The notes below the pieces were generated by a model. The model saw only the letters and a program-made list of their open reading frames with translations. It searched no databases and was not told where the DNA came from. A program made the translations under genes and the position numbers. A stretch of 50,709 bases of DNA from Escherichia phage vojen, in sequence record NC_049824.1; one strand, given 5' to 3'. Position 1 is the first letter of the stretch; every line of letters begins with the position of its first letter. Positions 34,976 to 44,761 of the stretch are shown here, one piece after another.

Positions 34976-35677
34976 TTAGCCGCAGCAGCCAGTAGGCGGA
35001 GTCTGCGGAGTAGGCAACTTGAAGTTTACCAATTGCTCTACCTGGTTGATTTTGCAATTCAGTGCGGCGGTCTGGTTTGCCTGAGATAGAGCAAAACGCG
35101 CTTCCTGCAATTGAGCTTTCATATCGCAAATCAAAACAGCCTGAGAATCAGCGAACTGTTGACGAATCAGATCTCGCGTTGCGTTACCTTGTCGCTCAAT
35201 GTTCAAGTTAGTCTCGCAGCAGCATCTCTCCGCTGCAATCTGTGCCTGATAGGAACGCTCAAGAGCATTAACATCAGCAGCATTAATCGCAGCAACTGTC
35301 TGGTTAGTACCGTTAACAATCGCGGTATTCAGTCCGGCGAAACCTTGCACCGATGCAAGCAGGTTTTGCGTATTCTGGCTGGTAATGCCGTTAAATGTTG
35401 ATGCGGCGGAGCGCTCAACGGCAAGGTTTGTGGAGTTTTGGCCTTGCAGAGTTTGCAGTCCCAGGTTGTTTACGCCTGTCTGGATGTTATTAATACCATC
35501 AAGAACAGCGTTAGCACCGACAGCAACAGCCGCACCATCACCACCATAACCACCACGACCATTAAAGCCGTTACCAAACCATGACCCAATCAGGCCGCCA
35601 ACAGCACCACCAAGACCAGCCGCGCCAGCTTCGCCACCAAAACCACCACCAGTAGGGAGTAAAGTCATATCTGACAT
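34976..35677 (-). CDS. glycine-rich protein with cysteine clusters (233 aa)
   Basis: N-terminal ~50 aa Gly-rich; Asn/Gln/Thr-rich middle; CCCETN and terminal TGCCG; GAGGA RBS. Confidence 0.55.
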   Translation of the reverse strand: MSDMTLLPTGGGFGGEAGAAGLGGAVGGLIGSWFGNGFNGRGGYGGDGAAVAVGANAVLDGINNIQTGVNNLGLQTLQGQNSTNLAVERSAASTFNGITSQNTQNLLASVQGFAGLNTAIVNGTNQTVAAINAADVNALERSYQAQIAAERCCCETNLNIERQGNATRDLIRQQFADSQAVLICDMKAQLQEARFALSQANQTAALNCKINQVEQLVNFKLPTPQTPPTGCCG

Positions 35678-35811
35678 AGTAAATTCCTCTTTGACGTTAA
35701 AAAAACAAAAAAAGTTTGCAACATTTATGTTACGACAAAGAGTATGCGCCTAACTGTCAGGAATAGATATAAAACATTTGTCAACGATATGTAAGCAACT
35801 GGCATAAAGAC

Positions 35812-35838
35812 GAAAAAAAGCGCAGCCGGAGCCGCGCT
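35812..35838 (-). terminator. Rho-independent terminator after the tail-fibre gene
   Basis: Minus-strand AGCGC-loop-GCGCT hairpin followed by TTTTTTT. Confidence 0.7.
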
Positions 35839-35854
35839 TGAGTTAAAAAGATTG

Positions 35855-37870
35855 TTATTTATTGAGCAGTGCAGCAACAGCCGCCTTTAATTCGTCTATC
35901 TCCTTTTGCTGTTTTTCGATCATTCCTCCCATGTAAACCATAGCGCAAGCCATATCAGTTAGCATAACGTTGCTATCAAGCGCTAAGGTATCATCCTTTC
36001 TGTCAGTTTCAATCTGGCGATCAATGTATTCCTCGCCATTTTCATCAACCCCGATCACATCTTCAAATACTGGCGAGCCTGGGACAAGTTTCACGTATTG
36101 CGGATCGATTTTTAACAGGTCTTGAGCTATCAGGCCAAAACGCTGGATATCAGATCCATTGTATTTAAACATGGTTGGCAACCATTGCATCACGCGATCA
36201 TAGCTTTCCTTTCCGTCCGTGTACTGAATATCGTGCTTTAAATCACGATCAGATGTTGGGTTTTTTGCAAAGTCATAGTTTCCACCCCACGGATCATTAC
36301 CCCAAGAATAAATGTCACCAGACTTACCAAAATTATATGCGCGATGATAACGACCATCACCTAACATGTGAATAGCAACCTGAGGCCAATCGGTAGTGCC
36401 GTCTGAAATAATACCTAAAGACGTTCTCATATAGTAACCACCGTCAGACTGAGAGCCACCTGACACTATCGGGGACCAGCCGCTGTTATTTTTATTAACG
36501 GTGTCAGCCCAAAACGGAGTTAACCTGTTATCTGCATCGGCGTCCCAGCCACCCATATAGCAACGACCCATAAAACCACGCGGCGATCTTATATACCCGC
36601 TAGCCTGAGTGTCATTCGGCTCAGGTATGAAGTTAAAAACGACACCGGAGTATCCTGGTTTATTTGGACTAATGTATAGCTGGGCATTATTTAGATCCGT
36701 TCCTTCGCCCCTGACTGCTCCGAACTGCCAGTATCCATCGTACCAATTCCCTTGCAATAGGTTTACCCACCCACCTGGAGAGGAGTCGCCACCGATGTTC
36801 GTCAGATATATGCGTTTATCACCACCAACATCAGTTTTACAGCCGACAATGTGAGTTTGCGGCACTAGAATATCGCCGTCTGTAGCCGTAATGCTCTTAA
36901 ATTGAACGTCTTGCGCATTTCCAAGCCCAAGATTATTACGAGCACCTGCGGCATCAGTTGCCCCAGTCCCACCAGTCGCAATTTCAAATGGCTTGGTGTC
37001 AGATCCGTCACCTTTCTGATAAACTAGTAATCCGTCATCTCTGATAACCAGCCTATAAGATCCTGTTGGCGAGTAAATAAGCGTATGTGCACCAAGGGTA
37101 TCAAAAGGACCGATTCGCATGTTTTGACGAGCAATTTCTATGTTAGATAGATCTGAAAGGTTCGCATCTTTTCTAAGAAGATTTTCAGCATCAAGGCTTT
37201 TAGCAAATTCTTCGGCCTCATTGCGCGCCATAACAGCGCCGTTTTTTGCAGTTTCAGCGGCGTTATTTGCAGATTGAGCGCCAGTCATGTATTGCTGGGC
37301 TGAATCCCTTGCTGAAATAGCTTCGTTTTTCAGATTAGAAACATCACCCTTTATCTGATTCATTTCTGAAACAGCCTGATCTTTAGTTTGGTTTACAGCT
37401 AAAACACCTTGATCGCGTGCGGAATTAACTTCCGTTATCGCAGAATCTTTAATCTGTTGCGTTTGCGCCTTGATTGCGTTAGTGTCTGCTTTAACCTGAT
37501 TAGCCAGATCTTGCAACTGTTTTAGGTCAAAGTTTTTGAAAAATTCAATAGCTTCCTCGATCTGAGTTTCTTTGCTTTGATAGTAACGCAGCGTTTCCGC
37601 TACATCTTGCGCCAGGCCATCAACAGTGATTGAGTCATGCAGCAAAATAATGTAGTTGCTTCGCCCAATTTCAGCGCCGCCAGTTGTGATGGCGCGGATT
37701 TGTGTATCGCTGATAACTTCACTGATCACAGCCGCTTGAAATGGTGCATCAATGAAAAAGATTGTTGCACCAGGGCGAATGAGCGCTAGTTGCTCTCGCC
37801 ATTTCGTGTCGTATCCAGTGATATAACCCTGAGCGTCCATTGACGCTTGTCCGGTTCTGTAAATTGCCAT
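35855..37870 (-). CDS. tail fibre protein with C-terminal intramolecular chaperone (peptidase S74-like) domain
   Basis: Start moved to ATG with GGGAGA RBS; coiled-coil-like middle; C-terminal [11 protein letters not shown] segment resembling auto-cleaving chaperone domains. Confidence 0.7.
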   Translation of the reverse strand: MAIYRTGQASMDAQGYITGYDTKWREQLALIRPGATIFFIDAPFQAAVISEVISDTQIRAITTGGAEIGRSNYIILLHDSITVDGLAQDVAETLRYYQSKETQIEEAIEFFKNFDLKQLQDLANQVKADTNAIKAQTQQIKDSAITEVNSARDQGVLAVNQTKDQAVSEMNQIKGDVSNLKNEAISARDSAQQYMTGAQSANNAAETAKNGAVMARNEAEEFAKSLDAENLLRKDANLSDLSNIEIARQNMRIGPFDTLGAHTLIYSPTGSYRLVIRDDGLLVYQKGDGSDTKPFEIATGGTGATDAAGARNNLGLGNAQDVQFKSITATDGDILVPQTHIVGCKTDVGGDKRIYLTNIGGDSSPGGWVNLLQGNWYDGYWQFGAVRGEGTDLNNAQLYISPNKPGYSGVVFNFIPEPNDTQASGYIRSPRGFMGRCYMGGWDADADNRLTPFWADTVNKNNSGWSPIVSGGSQSDGGYYMRTSLGIISDGTTDWPQVAIHMLGDGRYHRAYNFGKSGDIYSWGNDPWGGNYDFAKNPTSDRDLKHDIQYTDGKESYDRVMQWLPTMFKYNGSDIQRFGLIAQDLLKIDPQYVKLVPGSPVFEDVIGVDENGEEYIDRQIETDRKDDTLALDSNVMLTDMACAMVYMGGMIEKQQKEIDELKAAVAALLNK

Positions 37871-37928
37871 GCGCTTTCTCCCATGTTGCATGTTAATGTC
37901 AATGAAGATAATAGCATTCGTTAAGGCC

Positions 37929-37951
37929 AAAAAAAACCCCGCAATGCGGGG
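37929..37951 (-). terminator. Rho-independent terminator after the primase gene
   Basis: Minus-strand CCCCGC-ATT-GCGGGG hairpin followed by TTTTTTTT. Confidence 0.8.
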
Positions 37952-37968
37952 TAAAGTAGCAGTGACAT

Positions 37969-38901
37969 TTAGAGAAGTGATTCAGGCTTGTAAACCTTCC
38001 TCTCTATCCCTTGCCTGTAATTATCATGAATCGGCATCATAATTTCAAGTCCTCTTTCCTCAGCAGCAATGATCGCGTCACGGTCTGTACTCTTACAGAC
38101 AACTCGCATTCTTCTGTTGCCTTTATACCTGTAAGCTACAATCTCAATGTTAGTTGCATCAAAGCAGGCCCAAACCTCTTGACCAGTTGCAAGGTGAATA
38201 TGTTGCGCATCAATCCAGTCAACGCAAAGATAGATCGTCTTATCTGTGCTTCCTGTTCTCACAATCGACCCGCGCGTGTAGTCCTTTGCGAGAAAAGACT
38301 TATTACCTTCTTCATCAATGAAAAGCACATTGCACATTTCATCATCAATTTCATCTGAATGTACCAGGTAACATGGGAGCGCGTGAATGTATCGACCATC
38401 TTTAACGCCGCATTCATAATAACCATCTTCAGGCGGATATATCCCTTCATATGTACTTAACGGGGTGCGATCAAATTTTAGTGTTTTCGACATAACTCGC
38501 TCGCAGCATTCATGGCTTGCCTGCTTCCCAAACGAATAACCAGAATCACGAGATACTCGCTTATTTGCCTTGATCCTATAGTCCTGCGGAACTTTTCCAA
38601 GAAAGCGGCCCAAAATATTGATCACTTCGCTGTAAGGTTCTCCGGTTAGCTTCATGATCCAACCAATTCCAGTATCGTTGCCGCACACGTTGCAGATAGC
38701 GCCGCCATCGCCTTTTTTATCGCCAAGTTTATCCGTCCATCTGAAGCGATCCTTTCCGCCGCAGTGGGGGCAAGATTGATGCTTGCCGTTAAAAACTTCA
38801 TTTGGAAGACCGCAAATACTTTGTAGCGCCTCACGCCACAATCCTTGCATATATGGGAGAACATCTTCTTTTTGATAAACCATAAAGTTTTCGTTATTCA
38901 T
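37969..38901 (-). CDS. DNA primase (zinc-binding domain type)
   Basis: [12 protein letters not shown]...CNVCG zinc-finger arrangement; start moved to ATG with GAGGTG RBS. Confidence 0.55.
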   Translation of the reverse strand: MNNENFMVYQKEDVLPYMQGLWREALQSICGLPNEVFNGKHQSCPHCGGKDRFRWTDKLGDKKGDGGAICNVCGNDTGIGWIMKLTGEPYSEVINILGRFLGKVPQDYRIKANKRVSRDSGYSFGKQASHECCERVMSKTLKFDRTPLSTYEGIYPPEDGYYECGVKDGRYIHALPCYLVHSDEIDDEMCNVLFIDEEGNKSFLAKDYTRGSIVRTGSTDKTIYLCVDWIDAQHIHLATGQEVWACFDATNIEIVAYRYKGNRRMRVVCKSTDRDAIIAAEERGLEIMMPIHDNYRQGIERKVYKPESLL

Positions 38902-38956
38902 ATACACCTCAAACAAAAAAGCCTGACAGATGATAACATCATGCCAGGCATTGTTT

Positions 38957-39430
38957 TTAGCAATTAGTGCTTTCAGGTTTATACAGGAATCCGCCAGGTT
39001 CATAATCTGACATTCTTACCACTCGCAACATTTCACGCTTATCACATCTCTTTGTGAGCGGTTTTCCATTGGAATCAAATCGCAGATCTGGACGGCAGAA
39101 TGAAGCGCGATAGCCTTGACAGCCATACTTTTTGTAATCGTTATGCACCTTTTGAGCGCCAGCGGCTGAAATCATACCGCGAACGCGCCACTGATTTACA
39201 GTTTGCTGGCTAACGTTAAGACGCTTTGCCATTGCTGACACGCTGCCGTAATACTCAATAAGAATGTCAAGCCGTGCTTTTAGTCCGGCGCGCACTTCAT
39301 CTTTTAAAACATAGTATCCTGTAGGGCGCTTGCGCTTTTTCTTATCTTTACCCCGTCGAGTTCCGTTATTGCCATTGATTGTGCGTTTGTCAATCTTACC
39401 AGTTGATACTGCGATTCGCTGTTCTTTCAT
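38957..39430 (-). CDS. putative DNA-binding regulator (basic N-terminus, HTH-like segment)
   Basis: KDKKKRKRP basic stretch; LNVSQQTVNQWR HTH-like segment; GGAGA RBS; start abuts a conserved element in the divergent region. Confidence 0.5.
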   Translation of the reverse strand: MKEQRIAVSTGKIDKRTINGNNGTRRGKDKKKRKRPTGYYVLKDEVRAGLKARLDILIEYYGSVSAMAKRLNVSQQTVNQWRVRGMISAAGAQKVHNDYKKYGCQGYRASFCRPDLRFDSNGKPLTKRCDKREMLRVVRMSDYEPGGFLYKPESTNC

Positions 39431-39444
39431 TATTCATTCTCCAA

Positions 39445-39464
39445 TAGCATTTTTTGTTAAACGA
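39445..39464 (+). promoter_or_regulatory. Conserved element, variant ATAGCATTTTTTGTTAAACG
   Basis: In the divergent region between the HTH gene and helicase; TATTAT at a ~16-bp gap. Confidence 0.5.
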
Positions 39465-39519
39465 TGATTTAATGATTGTGTATTATACACGCCAAATGGC
39501 ATTACTCAAAGGTTTTAGA

Positions 39520-41565
39520 ATGATTCCAAACATTGAAAAGCAAATATCAGCACTTGGTGAAGCGGTAATTAAATCCATTCAGGAGCGATTCACTGTTGGC
39601 GAGATTGTGCCTTACCCTTACCAGTGCGTTGCATACGCTGAGATCGCAAAGCGTATGAAAAATTATGAGCATCCATTCTTTGTTAAAGCGTCCGTATCGG
39701 CTGGCAAAACATTGATGTTTGCAATGGTTGCTCACCAGTGCCGGAAAATGGGCTTGAAAATGATGGTACTTGCTCGCCAGGCTGAGATTGTGGATCAGGA
39801 TTCTGAAGAGATAACAAATCTTGGTGTGCCGAACTCCATCTATTGTGCAGGACTGAAGACAAAAAGCGCATACTTTCCGATCGTTGTTGGTTCTGAGGGA
39901 ACTGTAGTTAATGGACTGTTTAAAGCGCTTGGCGACTATGTTCCGCACGTTATCGGGATCGACGAGTGTCACCAGGTGGATTGGGAAGACCTTGCCGACG
40001 CAATAGAGAAAGACGAGTCATTTTTACAAATGACAACTAAGAAAGGCGAAAAAGTACCAAATCCAGATTATGACATAACAAAGGGAAGCAGGAACAGAAA
40101 TACAGAGTTCCTGATTGGTGAGGATGGCTTGCCAATGGAGGGAACAGGCCGCACACAATACACTGTCATTATCATGGAAATGATGCGCCGCTGCCGGAAA
40201 ACATATGGTCATGAACTGCGCATATTTGGCATGACTGGATCGGAGTTTCGCGGCGTAGTCCCGATCCTGGTGGAAGACAAAAAACAGAAAGGATTCTGGC
40301 GTGAACAGGTTACTAATATTGACACCAACTACCTGATCAAATTCGGTTCTGTTGTGCCAACAAATTTTGGCGACGTTGGCGATCTAGGGTATGACCTTTC
40401 AGAGTTTGAGGCATCCAGTGAGGATGGCGTTGCAGACTTTGACGCTAAAACGCTTCGCAGGATGGAACAAAAAATTCATGAAGAAGCGACCATGACAAAG
40501 CGCATCATGGCGAAAGTTCACGAGATCTGTAAAAACCGCAACGGCGTACTTGTGACATGTGCAGGAGAAAGGCATTGCAAAGAGGCAGCGGCAGCGTTGC
40601 CACCTGGAACGACTTACAGGATAATTACTGGTAAGACTGGCGACAATCAGCGCAAGGAGTGGTTAAGGGAAGCATACGAAGGGAAAGTAAAATACATCTT
40701 CCAGGTTCAGGCGCTAACAACTGGCGTTAACGTGCCGTTTTGGGATACGTCGGTTATATTGCGTAAGATTGGATCTCTTACGTTGCTGATTCAGCTTTTA
40801 GGACGCGGAATGCGACTTCTTAAGAAATGGCATAAGGAGCAAGGCTTCAAGAAAGATGATCACCTGGTTATGGATTTTTCAGGAACGATGGACGAGTTAG
40901 GTGAGCTTTATTTTGATCCGATACTTGAACAGGCGCAGCATCAGAAGCGATTCAGGAACGGTAAAGATCCGAAGCCTTGTCCTGTTTGTGGAACTCTTAA
41001 CAGCTATTATGCTCGTCGTTGTATGCACGTAGACGAAAACGGCAACAGATGCGAGTGGTTCTTTAAATTCAGGACATGTGATGATCAGATTGACCCACGC
41101 ACTAAAAAGATTATTCAGCGCGGCTGTGGAACTAAAAATGATATTGCGGCCAGGGTATGCAGACATTGCGACATGTCATTGATTGACCCTAACGAGAAGT
41201 TAAGCGGAAAGCACTACACAAAAAACGACTGGTTTCAGGTGCAATCTTTCTCGGTTGACATGACGAAAAACCAGAAAGGGATAATATTTAATTATGAGCT
41301 TTCCGATGGCATAGACACTTTCAGAGCGCGTGAAATATTTTTCCCTGAATCAGAAAGCCAAATTTGTCGCGCAAAATGGAGAAATGTTGCTCTTAAGCAC
41401 ATACCGGATCGCCGTATTGCTGGCATGGTGGCGAGCTATCGTAATGCACGTAAAATCATGCAATATGTGAATCACATCATGCCGCCATCGCGTGTTACTC
41501 ACAGAAAGACTAGCAAGAGTGAAGATAATTTGTACAAGAAGGACTTTAATTATGGCAATGACTGA
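39520..41565 (+). CDS. SF2 DNA helicase with C-terminal zinc-ribbon motifs
   Basis: Walker A SAGKT; DExH-like GIDECHQ; C-terminal CPVCG...RRC and CGTKN...CRHC; start moved from in-motif TTG to ATG. Confidence 0.65.
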   Translation: MIPNIEKQISALGEAVIKSIQERFTVGEIVPYPYQCVAYAEIAKRMKNYEHPFFVKASVSAGKTLMFAMVAHQCRKMGLKMMVLARQAEIVDQDSEEITNLGVPNSIYCAGLKTKSAYFPIVVGSEGTVVNGLFKALGDYVPHVIGIDECHQVDWEDLADAIEKDESFLQMTTKKGEKVPNPDYDITKGSRNRNTEFLIGEDGLPMEGTGRTQYTVIIMEMMRRCRKTYGHELRIFGMTGSEFRGVVPILVEDKKQKGFWREQVTNIDTNYLIKFGSVVPTNFGDVGDLGYDLSEFEASSEDGVADFDAKTLRRMEQKIHEEATMTKRIMAKVHEICKNRNGVLVTCAGERHCKEAAAALPPGTTYRIITGKTGDNQRKEWLREAYEGKVKYIFQVQALTTGVNVPFWDTSVILRKIGSLTLLIQLLGRGMRLLKKWHKEQGFKKDDHLVMDFSGTMDELGELYFDPILEQAQHQKRFRNGKDPKPCPVCGTLNSYYARRCMHVDENGNRCEWFFKFRTCDDQIDPRTKKIIQRGCGTKNDIAARVCRHCDMSLIDPNEKLSGKHYTKNDWFQVQSFSVDMTKNQKGIIFNYELSDGIDTFRAREIFFPESESQICRAKWRNVALKHIPDRRIAGMVASYRNARKIMQYVNHIMPPSRVTHRKTSKSEDNLYKKDFNYGND

Positions 41566-41983
41566 TAAAGGCGATTATCTGGAGTTTTACGAAAGAGATC
41601 CGACGGATACGCTAAAAGAGGAATCTCACCAGATCGGGGCGTTTCAATGGTTAACTTATGCTCATCCTGAATTTCTTGCCTGGCATACTAAAAATGAGGG
41701 CGACAAGGGGATCGCCACCGCAATGATGGATCAGCAAGCAGGACTCGTTAAGGGCGTAAGTGATTTTATCATCCTGATTGGATTGAAAGGCCGCTACCCT
41801 TTCGCGGCTATTGAGATGAAACGCGTCAATAAGTCTGGCAAGGGTAAGTCTTCACCAGTCAGCAAGGATCAAAAAGCCTTCTTGCGTCGTGTGCGTGAGC
41901 TTGGCGGATTCGCTGCCGTAACATACGGATATAAGCAATTCATGATCGCGGTAGAATACATGATAAATAGCACTTTTTGTTAA
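41552..41983 (+). CDS. VRR-NUC-like nuclease
   Basis: C-terminal segment with SDFIIL...AIEMKR consistent with a PD-(D/E)xK/VRR-NUC core; last five codons encoded by the next motif copy. Confidence 0.5.
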   Translation: MAMTDKGDYLEFYERDPTDTLKEESHQIGAFQWLTYAHPEFLAWHTKNEGDKGIATAMMDQQAGLVKGVSDFIILIGLKGRYPFAAIEMKRVNKSGKGKSSPVSKDQKAFLRRVRELGGFAAVTYGYKQFMIAVEYMINSTFC

Positions 41984-41986
41984 AAC
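41967..41986 (+). promoter_or_regulatory. Conserved 20-bp element ATAGCACTTTTTGTTAAAAC
   Basis: Exact motif followed by GGCGC...GCGCC dyad and CATAAT at an 18-bp gap. Confidence 0.55.
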
Positions 41987-42044
41987 AGGCGCGAAGGATT
42001 GCGCCATAATAACACCAGTTCAACAAGCAACAGGTAATTAAGAA

Positions 42045-42746
42045 ATGAGTAAAGAAACTGAAGTGACATTTGAACAAATAGAAAGAGAAACATTCATTGG
42101 CAATGCTCTTGCTACTGGAGGCCATTACCAGGCTGTTAAACCAAATCAATATTATAAAGTCACTGGCAACCGCTATAACGGCAGCAATACGCCGGACGTT
42201 GTGCGCGATTTGTGGTCTACGCCGTATGAGCTTGTCGCATGGATGGAAAGCGAATACGGTGATTATGACATCGACGCGGCGGCAAGCAAAGAAAATGCTG
42301 TATGTGAAAAATTCTACAGCAAGGAAACAAATTGTTTAAAGCGTTGGTGGGGTAGTAATAAGCATATATGGCTGAATCCACCGTACAGCAATATTACGCC
42401 ATTTGTTAAGAAGGCGATTGAGCAAATGGAGCACGGAAACCAGATCGACATGCTTTTACCTTGCGACACGTCAACAGGATGGTTTTATGAGGCGCAACAG
42501 CACGCAGCGGAAATAATCTGGATCACTGGAGAAGTTTACCAGGAGGACGGAACAGAATATTCCCGCACCGGACGCCTGGCGTTCACTTCAGCGCTTACAG
42601 GTAAACCAGTGCAGGGTAACAATAAAGGAAGCGTTATTTTCATCATGCGCGAACTTAAAGAAGGTGAGCAGCAGAAAACGCGATACGTTAAAATCAGCGA
42701 CATTTGCCCTTCGGTGGCAGACCGTCGCGCACGGAAACGGAGCTAA
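42045..42746 (+). CDS. dam: DNA N6-adenine methyltransferase (phage Dam-like)
   Basis: NPPY catalytic motif (LNPPYS) in a 233-aa protein. Confidence 0.7.
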   Translation: MSKETEVTFEQIERETFIGNALATGGHYQAVKPNQYYKVTGNRYNGSNTPDVVRDLWSTPYELVAWMESEYGDYDIDAAASKENAVCEKFYSKETNCLKRWWGSNKHIWLNPPYSNITPFVKKAIEQMEHGNQIDMLLPCDTSTGWFYEAQQHAAEIIWITGEVYQEDGTEYSRTGRLAFTSALTGKPVQGNNKGSVIFIMRELKEGEQQKTRYVKISDICPSVADRRARKRS

Positions 42747-42750
42747 AACA

Positions 42751-42990
42751 ATGCAGAAAGAAAGAAGCGTTTATTTAAATGAAACTGGCGAATGGTTGTT
42801 ATTTCGCGCTATGGTTTGCGAGGCGCTTGATAAAAACGATTTCATAAAACCGCTATTAGGTTGCGATCCGTGGGAGTTTACAAGCGCTCTTGACATGAGC
42901 TTTGAGGAAACAAGAAAACTACCACTTGAAAAATGGCATGAGCAGATCGGTAAAGACTTGCAAGAGTTTTACGAATCCGCGTCAAAATAG
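42751..42990 (+). CDS. hypothetical protein (79 aa)
   Basis: Start moved to ATG with GGAG RBS; TAG stop lies inside the next motif copy. Confidence 0.45.
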   Translation: MQKERSVYLNETGEWLLFRAMVCEALDKNDFIKPLLGCDPWEFTSALDMSFEETRKLPLEKWHEQIGKDLQEFYESASK

Positions 42991-43006
42991 CACTTTTTGT
43001 TAAAAC
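42987..43006 (+). promoter_or_regulatory. Conserved 20-bp element ATAGCACTTTTTGTTAAAAC
   Basis: Exact motif followed by GCCCGG...CGGGC dyad and CATAAT at an 18-bp gap. Confidence 0.55.
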
Positions 43007-43063
43007 GCCCGGCCTTGTGTCGGGCATAATTATTTCAACGAAACAAACATGAGGAAATAAAAA

Positions 43064-43243
43064 TGGTAGTATACAGCAAGAAAGCATTTGACCAGGCGCA
43101 ACAAACAGCACGCGAGGCGGTAAAAGGTGGAACGAAAAACAATATGCAGCTTGATTGGGGAGCGGCAATGATTCTGCTTCGCGTTGCATATGGTCACTAC
43201 CCATTAGGATTTGCGGAGGCATATTATAAGCATGAAGGTTGAA
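43064..43243 (+). CDS. small hypothetical protein (59 aa)
   Basis: ORF below the track cutoff with GAGGAAA RBS downstream of a motif copy. Confidence 0.35.
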
Positions 43244-43474
43244 CAAGGAAGGCAGGCCGTATGGGATCACGCAAAGGAATGCGGGATCGCAGAAGACATA
43301 GCCAGGATAGCGAAATATTTTGATATTGCTGACATAAGCATTATCAGCGGCGACAAAATGACATTTCTCAATGAGCGACCGCGCAAGATGCATCGCGTAC
43401 CAGCAATACCAACAAAGATTGATTTCAAAGAGGCTATGGCGAAAATTCGCGAGCCGCGCAAATACTACAAATGA
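43232..43474 (+). CDS. hypothetical protein (80 aa)
   Basis: ORF with GGAGG upstream. Confidence 0.45.
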   Translation: MKVEQGRQAVWDHAKECGIAEDIARIAKYFDIADISIISGDKMTFLNERPRKMHRVPAIPTKIDFKEAMAKIREPRKYYK

Positions 43475-43572
43475 GGATTATTATCATGTGGCGTTTGTTA
43501 CTTTTGCCCTTACCTGTTATGATGGCGATCTCTATTGTATATGTTGTCATAATGAGATAAGGAGAATTTTTG

Positions 43573-44688
43573 ATGAAGCAAATCAAAATCACAGATGAAC
43601 AATTTATCAATGAGCGCAAGCAGGGAAAGACATATAAGCAGATCGCTAATGAGTATGGTATGAACGTTCGCAGCATTGAGCGACGCGCGGCACGATTAGC
43701 AAAGCAAGGTAAAGTTACAACCATCGGATCACCTGGTTTTGGTGTTACTGGAGAATCAAAGCTAATTGATAAAGATGGCAATGTGGTTATGACATGGATT
43801 AAGACAAGTAAGGACCGCGAACAGTTAGAAGCATTAATGCAGGCCGCTATGGATGCATTTAGCGAAGAAGTTCCTCGACTTGATCCACAGCCAGAATCAC
43901 AAAAGGATTATAGCGAGACGTTATCACTGTATCCGATCTTTGACATGCACTTGGGAGCAATGGCGCATAAGCATGAATGCGGCGAGAATTGGGATACAGC
44001 AACAGCAGAGCGCGTAATGAATAATTTCATTGATTATTCCATCCAGTGCGCGCCGGATAGTGAAAAGGCTGTTTTACTGATTGGTGGTGACATGCTTCAC
44101 AGCGACGGACTGGAGGCGGTGACACCTGCAAGCGGTCACGTATTGGATCAAGATAGTCGATATGCAAAACTTGTTTATGTTGCCATCCGGTCAGTGCGTC
44201 GAGCAATTACAAAGCTGTTATCAAAACACAAAAACGTCGAGATTCAGATCATTGAAGGCAACCACGACCAAAGCGGCATGATCTGGTTGCGCGCAGCAAT
44301 GGCGGCAGCATATGAGAATGAGCCGCGAGTGCATGTTGATGTTTCTCCGCGAGTAGTTCATCACACACAGTATGGCAAAACATTCCTGGCATACCATCAC
44401 GGGCACACTATCCGCAAGCCTGAAACATTGCTCATGATGTGCGCGGCAGACTGGCGCGAAGACTTCGGCAATTCAAAAATGATGTATGCTCACGTAGGGC
44501 ATTGGCATCATCAAACAGTAACCGAAACAAGCCTGGGAATTGTTGAAGTGCATAGCACTATGGCGGCAAAAGATGCATATGCGGCGCGCGGTGGATGGCG
44601 TTCTCGCCGCCGTGCGGCTGTTATTGTTTATGATAAAGAATACGGAGAAGTGGGGCGATTTATGCATTATCCAGAAATGGCTGGTTGA
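43573..44688 (+). CDS. metallophosphoesterase with N-terminal HTH-like segment
   Basis: Calcineurin-like motifs DMH, GGDMLH, GNHD and HWHH; N-terminal TYKQIANEYGMNVRSIERRAARL; AAGGAG RBS. Confidence 0.55.
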   Translation: MKQIKITDEQFINERKQGKTYKQIANEYGMNVRSIERRAARLAKQGKVTTIGSPGFGVTGESKLIDKDGNVVMTWIKTSKDREQLEALMQAAMDAFSEEVPRLDPQPESQKDYSETLSLYPIFDMHLGAMAHKHECGENWDTATAERVMNNFIDYSIQCAPDSEKAVLLIGGDMLHSDGLEAVTPASGHVLDQDSRYAKLVYVAIRSVRRAITKLLSKHKNVEIQIIEGNHDQSGMIWLRAAMAAAYENEPRVHVDVSPRVVHHTQYGKTFLAYHHGHTIRKPETLLMMCAADWREDFGNSKMMYAHVGHWHHQTVTETSLGIVEVHSTMAAKDAYAARGGWRSRRRAAVIVYDKEYGEVGRFMHYPEMAG

Positions 44689-44731
44689 ACTTTTAATCAT
44701 TAAAATATAAATATAAATCATCAATTTAATT

Positions 44732-44761
44732 GGGCGTGGCATTTTGCTTCGCCCTTTTTTT
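44732..44761 (+). terminator. Rho-independent terminator
   Basis: GGGCG...CGCCC hairpin followed by TTTTTTTATT. Confidence 0.6.
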
